Below, one piece after another: positions 1 to 12,700 of a stretch of DNA of 64,000 bases. Source of the DNA: Paraphysomonas bandaiensis (lineage: Eukaryota > Protista > Chrysophyceae); NCBI GenBank assembly GCA_965644295.1, contig CBFFRP010000263.1, forward strand, positions 523,531 to 587,530, in the 5' to 3' direction. The position numbers were made by a program, and so were the translations under genes. The notes beneath the pieces were generated by a model. That model did not search any database. It saw nothing but the letters and a program-made list of their open reading frames with translations, and was not told where the DNA came from. Every line of letters begins with the position of its first letter. Position 1 is the stretch's first letter.

Positions 1-3000
1 ACTATCATCAATCACCAAATCACCACTGGTAGCCTTACTACTCGACGATGGTGATACCGAAGAAGTAGACGATGATGAGGATCGTGTCGATGATTCAGGA
101 ACCAACTCCTCAAACACTGGCTTAGATGCAGATGATGACGAAGATGATGAAGCAGGTTTCGATGCCTCAGACATACCACTCTTCGAAGCCAAACTATCAT
201 CAATCACCAAATCACCACTGGTATCCTTACTACTCGACGATGGTGATACCGAAGAAGTAGACGATGATGAGGATCGTGTCGATGATTCAGGAACCAACTC
301 CTCAAACACTGGCTTAGATGCAGATGATGACGAAGACGATGAAGCAGGTTTCGATGCCTCAGACATACCACTCTTCGAAGCCAAACTATCATCAATCACC
401 AAATCACCACTGGTATCCTTACTACTCGACGATGGTGATACCGAAGAAGTAGACGATGATGAGGATCGTGTCGATGATTCAGGAACCAACTCCTCAAACA
501 CTGGCTTAGATGCAGATGATGACGAAGACGATGAAGCAGGTTTCGATGCCTCAGACATACCACTCTTCGAAGCCAAACTATCATCAATCACCAAATCACC
601 ACTGGTATCCTTACTACTCGACGATGGTGATACCGAAGAAGTAGACGATGATGAGGATCGTGTCGATGATTCAGGAACCAACTCCTCAAACACTGGCTTA
701 GATGCAGATGATGACGAAGACGATGAAGCAGGTTTCGATGCCTCAGACATACCACTCTTCGAAGCCAAACTATCATCAATCACCAAATCACCACTGGTAT
801 CCTTACTACTCGACGATGGTGATACCGAAGAAGTAGACGATGATGAGGATCGTGTCGATGATTCAGGAACCAACTCCTCAAACACTGGCTTAGATGCAGA
901 TGATGACGAAGACGATGAAGCAGGTTTCGATGCCTCAGACATACCACTCTTCGAAGCCAAACTATCATCAATCACCAAATCACCACTGGTATCCTTACTA
1001 CTCGACGATGGTGATACCGAAGAAGTAGACGATGATGAGGATCGTGTCGATGATTCAGGAACCAACTCCTCAAACACTGGCTTAGATGCAGATGATGACG
1101 AAGACGATGAAGCAGGTTTCGATGCCTCAGACATACCACTCTTCGAAGCCAAACTATCATCAATCACCAAATCACCACTGGTATCCTTACTACTCGACGA
1201 TGGTGATACCGAAGAAGTAGACGATGATGAGGATCGTGTAGATGATTCAGGAACCAACTCCTCAAACACTGGCTTAGATGCAGATGATGACGAAGACGAT
1301 GAAGCAGGTTTCGATGCCTCAGACATACCACTCTTCGAAGCCAAACTATCATCAATCACCAAATCACCACTGGTATCCTTACTACTCGACGATGGTGATA
1401 CCGAAGAAGTAGACGATGATGAGGATCGTGTCGATGATTCAGGAACCAACTCCTCAAACACTGGCTTAGATGCAGATGATGACGAAGACGATGAAGCAGG
1501 TTTCGATGCCTCAGACTCAGACATACCACTCTTCGAAGCCAAACTATCATCAAGCACCAAATCACCACTGGTATCCTTACTACTCGACGATGGTGATACC
1601 GAAGAAGTAGACGATGATGAGGATTGTGTCGATGATTCAGGAACCAACTCCTCAAACACTGGCTTAGATGCAGATGATGACGAAGACGATGAAGCAGGTT
1701 TCGATGCCTCAGACATACCACTCTTCGAAGCCAAACTATCATCAATCACCAAATCACCACTGGTAGCCTTACTACTCGACGATGGTGATACCGAAGAAGT
1801 AGACGATGATGAGGATTGTGTCGATGATTCAGGAACCAACTCCTCAAACACTGGCTTAGATGCAGATGATGACGAAGACGATGAAGCAGGTTTCGATGCC
1901 TCAGACATACCACTCTTCGAAGCCAAACTATCATCAAGCACCAAATCACCACTGGTAGCCTTACTACTCGACGATGGTGATACCGAAGAAGTAGACGATG
2001 ATGAGGATTGTGTCGATGATTCAGGAACCAACTCCTCAAACACTGGCTTAGATGCAGATGATGACGAAGACGATGAAGCAGGTTTCGATGCCTCAGACAT
2101 ACCACTCTTCGAAGCCAAACTATCATCAATCACCAAATCACCACTGGTAGCCTTACTACTCGACGATGGTGATACCGAAGAAGTAGACGATGATGAGGAT
2201 TGTGTCGATGATTCAGGAACCAACTCCTCAAACACTGGCTTAGATGCAGATGATGACGAAGACGATGAAGCAGGTTTCGATGCCTCAGACATACCACTCT
2301 TCGAAGCCAAACTATCATCAATCACCAAATCACCACTGGTAGCCTTACTACTCGACGATGGTGATACCGAAGAAGTAGACGATGATGAGGATTGTGTCGA
2401 TGATTCAGGAACCAACTCCTCAAACACTGGCTTAGATGCAGATGATGACGAAGACGATGAAGCAGGTTTCGATGCCTCAGACATACCACTCTTCGAAGCC
2501 AAACTATCATCAAGCACCAAATCACCACTGGTAGCCTTACTACTCGACGATGGTGATACCGAAGAAGTAGACGATGATGTGGATCGTGTCGATGATTCAG
2601 GAACCAACTCCTCAAACACTGGCTTAGATGCAGATGATGACGAAGACGATGAAGCAGGTTTCGATGCCTCAGACATACCACTCTTCGAAGCCAAACTATC
2701 ATCAAGCACCAAATCACCACTGGTAGCCTTACTACTCGACGATGGTGATACCGAAGAAGTAGACGATGATGTGGATCGTGTCGATGATTCAGGAACCAAC
2801 TCCTCAAACACTGGCTTAGATGCAGATGATGACGAAGACGATGAAGCAGGTTTCGATGCCTCAGACATACCACTCTTCGAAGCCAAACTATCATCAATCA
2901 CCAAATCACCACTGGTAGCCTTACTACTCGACGATGGTGATACCGAAGAAGTAGACGATGATGAGGATCGTGTCGATGATTCAGGAACCAACTCCTCAAA

Positions 3001-6000
3001 CACTGGCTTAGATGCAGATGATGACGAAGATGATGAAGCAGGTTTCGATGCCTCAGACATACCACTCTTCGAAGCCAAACTATCATCAATCACCAAATCA
3101 CCACTGGTATCCTTACTACTCGACAATGGTGATACCGAAGAAGTAGACGATGATGAGGAGCGTGTCGATGATTCAGGAACCAACTCCTCAAACACTGGCT
3201 TAGATGCAGATGATGACGAAGACGATGAAGCAGGTTTCGATGCCTCAGACTCAGACATACCACTCTTCGAAGCCAAACTATCATCAATCACCAAATCACC
3301 ACTGGTATCCTTACTACTCGACAATGGTGATACCGAAGAAGTAGACGATGATGAGGAGCGTGTCGATGATTCAGGAACCAACTCCTCAAACACTGGCTTA
3401 GATGCAGATGATGACGAAGACGATGAAGCAGGTTTCGATGCCTCAGACTCAGACATACCACTCTTCGAAGCCAAACTATCATCAATCACCAAATCACCAC
3501 TGGTAGCCTTACTACTCGACGATGGTGATACCGAAGAAGTAGACAATGATGAGGATCGTGTCGATGATTCAGGAACCAACTCTTCAAACACTGGCTTAGA
3601 TGCAGATGATGACGAAGACGATGAAGCAGGTTTCGATGCCTCAGACATACCACTCTTCGAAGCCAAACTATCATCAATCACCAAATCACCACTGGTAGCC
3701 TTACTACTCGACGATGGTGATACCGAAGAAGTAGACGATGATGAGGATCGTGTCGATGATTCAGGAACCAACTCCTCAAACACTGGCTTAGATGCAGATG
3801 ATGACGAAGACGATGAGGCAGGTTTCGATGCCTCAGACTCAGACATACCACTCTTCGAAGCCAAACTATCATCAATCACCAAATCACCACTGGTATCCTT
3901 ACTACTCGACGATGGTGATACCGAAGAAGTAGACGATGATGAGGATCGTGTCGATGATTCAGGAACCAACTCCTCAAACACTGGCTTAGATGCAGATGAT
4001 GACGAAGACGATGAGGCAGGTTTCGATGCCTCAGACATACCACTCTTCGAAGCCAAACTATCATCAATCACCAAATCACCACTGGTAGCCTTACTACTCG
4101 ACGATGGTGATACCGAAGAAGTAGACGATGATGAGGATCGTGTCGATGATTCAGGAACCAACTCCTCAAACACTGGCTTAGATGCAGATGATGACGAAGA
4201 TGATGAAGCAGGTTTCGATGCCTCAGACATACCACTCTTCGAAGCCAAACTATCATCAATCACCAAATCACCACTGGTATCCTTACTACTCGACGATGGT
4301 GATACCGAAGAAGTAGACGATGATGAGGATCGTGTCGATGATTCAGGAACCAACTCCTCAAACACTGGCTTAGATGCAGATGATGACGAAGACGATGAAG
4401 CAGGTTTCGATGCCTCAGACTCAGACATACCACTCTTCGAAGCCAAACTATCATCAAGCACCAAATCACCACTGGTATCCTTACTACTCGACAATGGTGA
4501 TACCGAAGAAGTAGACGATGATGAGGAGCGTGTCGATGATTCAGGAACCAACTCCTCAAACACTGGCTTAGATGCAGATGATGACGAAGACGATGAAGCA
4601 GGTTTCGATGCCTCAGACTCAGACATACCACTCTTCGAAGCCAAACTATCATCAATCACCAAATCACCACTGGTAGCCTTACTACTCGACGATGGTGATA
4701 CCGAAGAAGTAGACAATGATGAGGATCGTGTCGATGATTCAGGAACCAACTCTTCAAACACTGGCTTAGATGCAGATGATGACGAAGACGATGAAGCAGG
4801 TTTCGATGCCTCAGACATACCACTCTTCGAAGCCAAACTATCATCAATCACCAAATCACCACTGGTAGCCTTACTACTCGACGATGGTGATACCGAAGAA
4901 GTAGACGATGATGAGGATCGTGTCGATGATTCAGGAACCAACTCCTCAAACACTGGCTTAGATGCAGATGATGACGAAGACGATGAGGCAGGTTTCGATG
5001 CCTCAGACTCAGACATACCACTCTTCGAAGCCAAACTATCATCAATCACCAAATCACCACTGGTATCCTTACTACTCGACGATGGTGATACCGAAGAAGT
5101 AGACGATGATGAGGATCGTGTCGATGATTCAGGAACCAACTCCTCAAACACTGGCTTAGATGCAGATGATGACGAAGACGATGAGGCAGGTTTCGATGCC
5201 TCAGACATACCACTCTTCGAAGCCAAACTATCATCAATCACCAAATCACCACTGGTAGCCTTACTACTCGACGATGGTGATACCGAAGAAGTAGACGATG
5301 ATGAGGATCGTGTCGATGATTCAGGAACCAACTCCTCAAACACTGGCTTAGATGCAGATGATGACGAAGATGATGAAGCAGGTTTCGATGCCTCAGACAT
5401 ACCACTCTTCGAAGCCAAACTATCATCAATCACCAAATCACCACTGGTAGCCTTACTACTCGACGATGGTGATACCGAAGAAGTAGACGATGATGAGGAT
5501 CGTGTCGATGATTCAGGAACCAACTCCTCAAACACTGGCTTAGATGCAGATGATGACGAAGACGATGAAGCAGGTTTCGATGCCTCAGACTCAGACATAC
5601 CACTCTTCGAAGCCAAACTATCATCAATCACCAAATCACCACTGGTATCCTTACTACTCGACGATGGTGATACCGAAGAAGTAGACGATGATGTGGATCG
5701 TGTCGATGATTCAGGAACCAACTCTTCAAACACTGGCTTAGATGCAGATGATGACGAAGACGATGAAGCAGGTTTCGATGCCTCAGACTCAGACATACCA
5801 CTCTTCGAAGCCAAACTATCATCAATCACCAAATCACCACTGGTATCCTTACTACTCGACGATGGTGATACCGAAGAAGTAGACAATGATGAGGATCGTG
5901 TCGATGATTCAGGAACCAACTCTTCAAACACTGGCTTAGATGCAGATGATGACGAAGACGATGAAGCAGGTTTCGATGCCTCAGACATACCACTCTTCGA

Positions 6001-6802
6001 AGCCAAACTATCATCAATCACCAAATCACCACTGGTAGCCTTACTACTCGACGATGGTGATACCGAAGAAGTAGACGATGATGAGGATCGTGTCGATGAT
6101 TCAGGAACCAACTCCTCAAACACTGGCTTAGATGCAGATGATGACGAAGACGATGAGGCAGGTTTCGATGCCTCAGACATACCACTCTTCGAAGCCAAAC
6201 TATCATCAATCACCAAATCACCACTGGTATCCTTACTACTCGACGATGGTGATACCGAAGAAGTAGACGATGATGAGGATCGTGTCGATGATTCAGGAAC
6301 CAACTCCTCAAACACTGGCTTAGATGCAGATGATGACGAAGACGATGAAGCAGGTTTCGATGCCTCAGACTCAGACATACCACTCTTCGAAGCCAAACTA
6401 TCATCAATCACCAAATCACCACTGGTATCCTTACTACTCGACGATGGTGATACCGAAGAAGTAGACGATGATGTGGATCGTGTCGATGATTCAGGAACCA
6501 ACTCCTCAAACACTGGCTTAGATGCAGATGATGACGAAGACGATGAAGCAGGTTTCGATGCCTCAGACTCAGACATACCACTCTTCGAAGCCAAACTATC
6601 ATCAATCACCAAATCACCACTGGTATCCTTACTACTCGACGATGGTGATACCGAAGAAGTAGACGATGATGAGGATCGTGTCGATGATTCAGGAACCAAC
6701 TCCTCAAACACTGGCTTAGATGCAGATGATGACGAAGATGATGAAGCAGGTTTCGATGCCTCAGACATACCACTCTTCGAAGCCAAACTATCATCAATCA
6801 CC
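1..6802. repeat. Coding tandem repeat, 192-bp unit (198-bp variant with one extra 6-bp copy in TCAGACTCAGAC), 35 full copies in window
   Basis: Directly visible periodicity. Unit lengths are 192 or 198 bp, all multiples of 3, with only a few SNP variants. Confidence 0.99.
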
Positions 6803-6906
6803 AGATTGCTATTAGTGTCTTGTGTATGTATAGTGTTTGCCAAACTATTAATATTTGAACATAGGAACACAAGCCACACAACGAATGACTTGGATAGAAA
6901 TTTCAT
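1..6906 (-). CDS. Secreted Ser-rich tandem-repeat (mucin-like) protein, 3'-partial (runs off window start)
   Basis: ATG at 6906-6904 reads MKFLSKSFVVWLVFLCSNINSLANT... (signal-peptide-like). It continues into the repeat LVIDDSLASKSGMSEASKPASSSSSSSASKPVFEELVPESSTRSSSSSTSSVSPSSSSKDTSGD with no stop seen down to position 1 (2302 codons). Absent from the ORF track because the stop lies outside the window. Confidence 0.85.
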   Translation of the reverse strand, partial: MKFLSKSFVVWLVFLCSNINSLANTIHTQDTNSNLVIDDSLASKSGMSEASKPASSSSSSSASKPVFEELVPESSTRSSSSSTSSVSPSSSSKDTSGDLVIDDSLASKSGMSESEASKPASSSSSSSASKPVFEELVPESSTRSTSSSTSSVSPSSSSKDTSGDLVIDDSLASKSGMSESEASKPASSSSSSSASKPVFEELVPESSTRSSSSSTSSVSPSSSSKDTSGDLVIDDSLASKSGMSEASKPASSSSSSSASKPVFEELVPESSTRSSSSSTSSVSPSSSSKATSGDLVIDDSLASKSGMSEASKPASSSSSSSASKPVFEELVPESSTRSSSLSTSSVSPSSSSKDTSGDLVIDDSLASKSGMSESEASKPASSSSSSSASKPVFEELVPESSTRSTSSSTSSVSPSSSSKDTSGDLVIDDSLASKSGMSESEASKPASSSSSSSASKPVFEELVPESSTRSSSSSTSSVSPSSSSKATSGDLVIDDSLASKSGMSEASKPASSSSSSSASKPVFEELVPESSTRSSSSSTSSVSPSSSSKATSGDLVIDDSLASKSGMSEASKPASSSSSSSASKPVFEELVPESSTRSSSSSTSSVSPSSSSKDTSGDLVIDDSLASKSGMSESEASKPASSSSSSSASKPVFEELVPESSTRSSSSSTSSVSPSSSSKATSGDLVIDDSLASKSGMSEASKPASSSSSSSASKPVFEELVPESSTRSSSLSTSSVSPSSSSKATSGDLVIDDSLASKSGMSESEASKPASSSSSSSASKPVFEELVPESSTRSSSSSTSSVSPLSSSKDTSGDLVLDDSLASKSGMSESEASKPASSSSSSSASKPVFEELVPESSTRSSSSSTSSVSPSSSSKDTSGDLVIDDSLASKSGMSEASKPASSSSSSSASKPVFEELVPESSTRSSSSSTSSVSPSSSSKATSGDLVIDDSLASKSGMSEASKPASSSSSSSASKPVFEELVPESSTRSSSSSTSSVSPSSSSKDTSGDLVIDDSLASKSGMSESEASKPASSSSSSSASKPVFEELVPESSTRSSSSSTSSVSPSSSSKATSGDLVIDDSLASKSGMSEASKPASSSSSSSASKPVFEELVPESSTRSSSLSTSSVSPSSSSKATSGDLVIDDSLASKSGMSESEASKPASSSSSSSASKPVFEELVPESSTRSSSSSTSSVSPLSSSKDTSGDLVIDDSLASKSGMSESEASKPASSSSSSSASKPVFEELVPESSTRSSSSSTSSVSPLSSSKDTSGDLVIDDSLASKSGMSEASKPASSSSSSSASKPVFEELVPESSTRSSSSSTSSVSPSSSSKATSGDLVIDDSLASKSGMSEASKPASSSSSSSASKPVFEELVPESSTRSTSSSTSSVSPSSSSKATSGDLVLDDSLASKSGMSEASKPASSSSSSSASKPVFEELVPESSTRSTSSSTSSVSPSSSSKATSGDLVLDDSLASKSGMSEASKPASSSSSSSASKPVFEELVPESSTQSSSSSTSSVSPSSSSKATSGDLVIDDSLASKSGMSEASKPASSSSSSSASKPVFEELVPESSTQSSSSSTSSVSPSSSSKATSGDLVIDDSLASKSGMSEASKPASSSSSSSASKPVFEELVPESSTQSSSSSTSSVSPSSSSKATSGDLVLDDSLASKSGMSEASKPASSSSSSSASKPVFEELVPESSTQSSSSSTSSVSPSSSSKATSGDLVIDDSLASKSGMSEASKPASSSSSSSASKPVFEELVPESSTQSSSSSTSSVSPSSSSKDTSGDLVLDDSLASKSGMSESEASKPASSSSSSSASKPVFEELVPESSTRSSSSSTSSVSPSSSSKDTSGDLVIDDSLASKSGMSEASKPASSSSSSSASKPVFEELVPESSTRSSSSSTSSVSPSSSSKDTSGDLVIDDSLASKSGMSEASKPASSSSSSSASKPVFEELVPESSTRSSSSSTSSVSPSSSSKDTSGDLVIDDSLASKSGMSEASKPASSSSSSSASKPVFEELVPESSTRSSSSSTSSVSPSSSSKDTSGDLVIDDSLASKSGMSEASKPASSSSSSSASKPVFEELVPESSTRSSSSSTSSVSPSSSSKDTSGDLVIDDSLASKSGMSEASKPASSSSSSSASKPVFEELVPESSTRSSSSSTSSVSPSSSSKDTSGDLVIDDSLASKSGMSEASKPASSSSSSSASKPVFEELVPESSTRSSSSSTSSVSPSSSSKDTSGDLVIDDSLASKSGMSEASKPASSSSSSSASKPVFEELVPESSTRSSSSSTSSVSPSSSSKATSGDLVIDDS

Positions 6907-7327
6907 ATTGATTATCTACAAATATAATATACAATGAAATGGATATCAAAATGAACGTATCAGTGTGATGTTATCATCTACATCATACTGTATCGCTCAT
7001 ACTTTGCTATGAACAATGAACAAACACCGTCAATGTGAAGTGAGCTACATTCATAGGAAGACTTTATCTTCATCGTATTTGCAATATGTCAAAATTTCAC
7101 TTTTTTACATTTGGAAAATAAAATATCTGGAATTCTTGGGTTGAATGCATATTTTCCCTGAATTTTTGCATCTAAAACTGTGTTTTCCACATAATAACAT
7201 GCTTTTGTAGAATGCTGGGCAAACCTGTCAAAGTGTCCACTGGTGCAATCTGATGGATAGCAGTCAGATACAGTTATTAATCCTAGCTTGCCTATGTATT
7301 GCACCTTGATTTGCTGTAATTGATTCA

Positions 7328-8580
7328 ATGATTGCTAGTCACGCTTTTTGTAGACTTCGTGCTATTCGCGCGTGCGGATCACCCTCTACGTTGCGAAGGC
7401 TAGTTATTGGGCCTAATATCAGGACTCAAGTCCACTGTCTCTCATCTTCAACTCCTACTCGATCGGAAGATAGTAATTCGCTTCCTGATACTATAAGTTA
7501 TGGAGTTAGCGACTTCGGGTCACCCGAAAATTCCGCTGATTCTGCTGTGGAGACTTTTAGCTACCACCCATTCGACTTAGTATGTGAGGCCATTGATGCT
7601 ATTCACATTCACGGGGGACTACCATATTGGATATCAATTATAGCTCTCACTGTAGGAGTGAGGACACTCCTGTTACCGATTACAGTCAAAATTAAGCGCG
7701 ACGCCACTCGTGCGCTTCCTCTAAACGCAGATATTCAACTGTTGAAAGCGCGCGGTGACAAAGAAGGACTATCTCAATCAGAAATAGGTGTTGAGATGGC
7801 AGCTTTAATGAAAAAACATAAAACAACACCACTTAATCCGCTACTTAGTCCACTCTTGCAGTTTCCAGTTTTACTTTCCATGTATTTTGGTTTGAATCGA
7901 ATGCCTGATCACTGTCCAGATTACGTGTCTGGGGGAACTCTGTGGTTCACGGACCTTAGCGTACCAGATTCAACAGCCGCCCTTGGACTTCTTAATGCTG
8001 GCGTGATGTACTTCACTATAAATAATGCATTTAAGTCGGTGCCGCCTCCTAAATCAGATTTTGAAGGCTATATGCGACGTATGATGACTAATTTCTTACC
8101 ACTAATCATGATTCCTATTGCACTGAATATGCCGTCGGTGAGTCGTTGAATATATTATCATATTATGGTCATTCTATTACGGCTCGAGATTTTTGAACTA
8201 ATATATTGTTATAGGGTGTAGTCGTTTATTTCATTACGAGCAACTGTTATACACATCTAGTACAGAGGCCCCTGCTGGAATCAACGTGGGTGAAGAATAC
8301 ATTTTTAACACTTGCTCCGGGCGTATCACCTGTTCAAGACCCCAATTCCAACACAAACACAGTTTCTAGTAGTGAGCCACCCAAAAATATTGCAGGGGTA
8401 TCGTCTACTCCTTCTCCTCCACCAGCTGAAAAAGCTCCTGGCATGACAATGACACATAGAGAGATGGTGGCTGCGGCAAATGCAGCGGTGGAGAAGCGGA
8501 GGCTCTTAAAGCAGCAAAAAAAAGCTGAGGCTGCCAGTAAGGCTAATCAAAGTAAGAATAGCTCACGTAATTCAGACTAA
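7328..8580 (+). CDS. OXA1: Oxa1/YidC-family membrane insertase, probably mitochondrial; exons 7328-8137 and 8215-8580
   Basis: Motifs GLPYWISIIALTVGVRTLLLP, PLLQFPV and GGTLWFTDLSVPD. Splicing the GTGAGT..ATAG intron (8138-8214) restores PS/GVVVYFITSN. Arg/Ser-rich presequence-like N-terminus. Confidence 0.85.
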
Positions 8581-8836
8581 ATGTATTGGATCAAGAAGTT
8601 CAGATAGATATGTGGTAAATAGGTGATGTAATTGTAACGTACTCGGCAAGCGAAACAAAGCAAATAATTAGCGAAACGCAAGCCATAGTCGCAGTGATCA
8701 CGGAAAAGTATAGATATAGCGCATGACTTATGTATTTTATAGAACTTTCTTCTGTATACGGTTGCTTCATTTTAAAATAAAGATGTGAATGAACAGCACT
8801 TCGTAGTATTCTTTTCAATCTATAAATTTATATTTT

Positions 8837-9133
8837 TACACAGAAAAAGAGTGGCATTTTAAACTCAGAGTAAAGGGGGGACTGAGTACGACAGTGAACT
8901 TCATCTCATACTTTTGTACTCAGTAAAATGATCATATCTGTATAGAAACACTACAACACAAAGTGATATGGCCACCCAAATAAATATTTATTCACATGTT
9001 ATGAAGAGAAATATGAAAATAACTCAAAATAAAAAACTCGAACCTGACTAGTGTAAACAAAGTGCGAGTTCATCCTCTTAAGTATACATCGGAAAAAGCT
9101 TCTCGTGCCCTTTTGCCACTCACTTCTAAGTGT
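8837..9133. mobile_element. Possible degenerate MITE
   Basis: Imperfect terminal inverted match ACACAGAAAAAGAGTGGCA vs reverse complement ACACTTAGAAGTGAGTGGCA, with a non-coding AT-rich interior. Confidence 0.25.
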
Positions 9134-9721
9134 TAAACAGCCATAAAACTAAACTAATCATATTTCTTCTCTTTTTCGGAATAGAATTAACTTATAGTTA
9201 CCGCTCCACTAGAAATTCATAAGATGGAAGCATAAGACCCTACAACTGAGTGCTTTGGGTATATTATGGCTGCATATTGCACGCAACTGTGATGAGATGA
9301 ACAAACTTCTCTTCAATCCAACGGATTATAGGGCCGGTGTCACAACTACCATATACCATCCGTATCCGTTCAGTGATAACAACGTACCGTATATTATCCG
9401 TATCCTTTTCACTATAGCCGTCAAGTTGTCCGTTTACCAAAAAAATGAAAGTTAAACTCCTCAAGATACCGTTAGGGAAGACAGTATAAAAGCGCAACGG
9501 AAGGATATATTGAATTGTCCATATACAAAAAAACTGTAGAAATATGGACCGTTTTTCATAGTATTGTCTAGTACTTTAAATGGAAGTGTTTGTATACTGT
9601 ATACTTCCACTCACTTCATTATAGACGATAGTAGTGATACTTTAACTCACAACTTTCCTATTTAGGTAGTGCACTGTGCACAATAATTCTCTTATCAGAG
9701 GATAGTGCCAGGTATTACACC

Positions 9722-12700
9722 ATGATCAAATTGAAATTGGTGTTATTTTTGGTTTATTGTTTATTGTATTGTGATGGAGAGGATGAATTCACATGTCAGG
9801 GAAAGAATTATATCCAAGCACTTAATGCATGTCCTGATAGAGGGGCACAGCGGTTTAGTTCTGGTGGTAATGTTACTGTACTTGTGAAGAGAATGAGGAA
9901 TTTACCAGACAGAGATGTACTTGGGGCGTCAGCAGTTTCTGACCCGTATGTTCGGTTTATTGTGGGAGAAAACGTTAAACGTGAATCGAAAGTAGTTAAA
10001 GATGACCTCAGTCCGAAATGGAACCAGCTGGTTAATTTGGGACTACTCGGCTCCGCAACAGAAATTCAAGTTAGTGTGTGGGATGCTGATGTTGGACTAG
10101 AGTTTGGGGACGATCTTCTGGCAAAGACCTCGATGCGTGTGCCATTCTGCACCATGTTTAATGCGAGTTATTCCGAGGTTGACTGCCCGCGTCCTTTTAA
10201 TTGTAGGTCAGAAGACTCTCTGTGGCAAATGCCTGAGAGGAGACAGTGCCACGAGGTTGGAGAGTTAAACTTCAAGCCATCTGTTCCATGTGATGAACCG
10301 GGGAGCCTTTGTTTAGAACTTGAGTTTTTTATTATTCCCTTTGAAATGAAAATGGAACTTGAGGTTGATGGTATGCTCGCTCGAACCCCACAAGTATCTG
10401 TAGCTGGAGACTTCTTTTCAAATGTGCAGTGGTCTGTTGATAATCGTTTTGGCTTCCCCTACCTTGCAGATATTACGAACCGCTTTGATTTCAGAACTGA
10501 TCAATTCAACCACATTGAGGGCGGGCTCATGTTCCGTACTCTTGAAAGCGATCGTCTGGCAGGAGAACCCAATGATATTCTCTTCTATGCAACATTAAAC
10601 TTTCCCGCTTTTTTGTACATCTGTCGTGATATTGAAGACAACGCACTTGGTGTACCCAAGTGGATCAAACAGGGTTACACCAGCAAGAATCTTTCAACCA
10701 CAAAACTCATGTTTTTTGACCAGGATGTTGTCTTTGAATGTTTTTATAAGGCTGTAGATGGCACACGTAAAAACAGATGGGGTGGGATAAAGGGAGGTGC
10801 AATAACATTGCGCTCGAACACTATTCCTTACAACAAGAAAGTAGGCGAAGATGATATCGAGTATCAGAATAACTACGTAGTCGTTGCCATTCCGCGAGTT
10901 ATTTCCCCTCAGGTGGAAGACCTCTCAATTAATTACGATGCTGGTGCATTCATCACGAAATTATTTGAGCACGGCGTAATATGGCTGTACTTTGTATGGT
11001 TGATTGCGAGTTTTCTCAAGCGGATTAACTATCGTATTGATAGAATCATGACATATTTGGTGTCTCAAGTGCTCACTGGTGAGAATAAAAATGTTGTGGC
11101 TACTCTGTTTGTTGCGTGTGAGAACCAGTCTCCTTGCAACGTGGAATACCGGTCTCACCTGTGTCATGCTAAGAATTCGATATACTTGATTATGTCTATC
11201 CCTTTTCTTCTATTGCTGTCTTGGGGGTTTAGTTGTGTGGCAAATGTTGAACCAACTGCTCTGGGATATGCAGTGTTTTTTTTGGGCAGTGCTACATTGA
11301 TGGTAACCTACGGCGTGAAGTTATGGGAGTCTCGTCAGTGGCACATGTCTCCCTACTCATTGGTGTCTCTGATGATAGCTGTGGTGCTTTTTTTCTGTTT
11401 CATCATATCTGTTATATTTGCCGACCCAGCCGTCTATAAGTACGGCCATTCAGTCAATCTTTCTGCTCTATCTGTAGTATTTGGGTGTATTAATACACTC
11501 CCTCTCTTCCTGCTCGTGTTCCATAGGGATAAAGCGTATAAAGTTAACTTGAGCGTTGTCGTGGAGAAATTGACTGAGACAGTGTATAAGATAAAGTCAG
11601 AGAAAGGGGAAGGTATCAGCAAAAAGGCAAAGAAACCGCTTACCATCAATAAGGCTCTCCATGCCTTATTGGGAGATGCATATACTCTGAACCCTAATGT
11701 CCCACTGTTCAAATACGGAACCATTTTGATGGACACAACTTCAAGCTCCAAGACAGCTGCTGAGAAAGATAAGACTGGCAAAAAGCTCACCTACACATCG
11801 CTGTTTATTCTTTTTGTATACTTCTGTATTGGTGTAACGGAGACAGATTATCCGTCTATTGTATTCCTTCATTGCTGTGCTCTTGTCCTATTGGATTCAA
11901 TCCATACTGCTATATCACATGGAGATGTAAAGTGGAGCACTGGGTATCATATATTTCTTATTGTCTGTGGTCGGTTGCTGATTATGTCCTCTACTCATCG
12001 GATGTGGATCTTGCATTACAGTCTTGCCTATCTAGTTTACTCTTTTGCCCTCAGTCAGGAGCTTATCAATGCTTTCCTCCCAGCATTAAATAAACAACAG
12101 GCTGGGGAGGTGGCTTTTGCTGGCAAAGGAACTGAAGTAGAAAAAGCTAATCCTGATATTGCAGGATCTCCGCTCTTCTGTTTAGGCATGCTGACGTTTT
12201 CATTTATTACACTCTTACTGATTGCCGCATTCGCAAGGCCTGATGGTCTTCCCATCGCTTCAGTGGATGTGTGGGGTGCTCAGTGGTCCACTTACGTTTT
12301 TGGTCTACTTGCATTTCTAGTCGTGGTCGTGGGTGTTCTCATGACTGCCACAACTAGAGCATTCTACCTCCAGAAGCATGGATTGTTGCGAGGTTACGCT
12401 AGAGATAGCTATACTTTCGTTCCAGAGTTTAGACTTCCGATGCTTCTTGCTGTGTTCACCGAGGTGGCGATTCTTGCATCTGGAGTGTTGATGTATGGTG
12501 CTACAGGGTCCAGTGTTGTGCTTACCATCGCCATATTTTTTCCGCCAATAGCTGTCTGTCTTGGGCATGCCTACAGAACATGGATTGAGAATGATTATGA
12601 ACTCATTGTCTGGCCACCTGTTGAAGTAAAACCGGACAATGTTGATGATGCACCAAATGACTTGGAAGTTGCATTTCATATGATGGACAACATGTTCGGA

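Noticed and set aside
12-6797. Array of 63-65-aa His/Arg-rich small ORFs
   Set aside because: Alternative frame of the same repeat; the stops appear and disappear with single SNPs.
1-6802. CRISPR-like array
   Set aside because: The units are contiguous with no unique spacers, no cas genes are present, and the context is eukaryotic.
2579-6937. 1452-aa Asp/Glu-rich plus-strand ORF
   Set aside because: Antisense shadow of the Ser-rich gene. It begins at an arbitrary GTG inside the array, and a stop-free 192-bp unit automatically yields a long ORF. The minus frame has a proper ATG and signal peptide. Dual coding is not formally excluded without RNA data.
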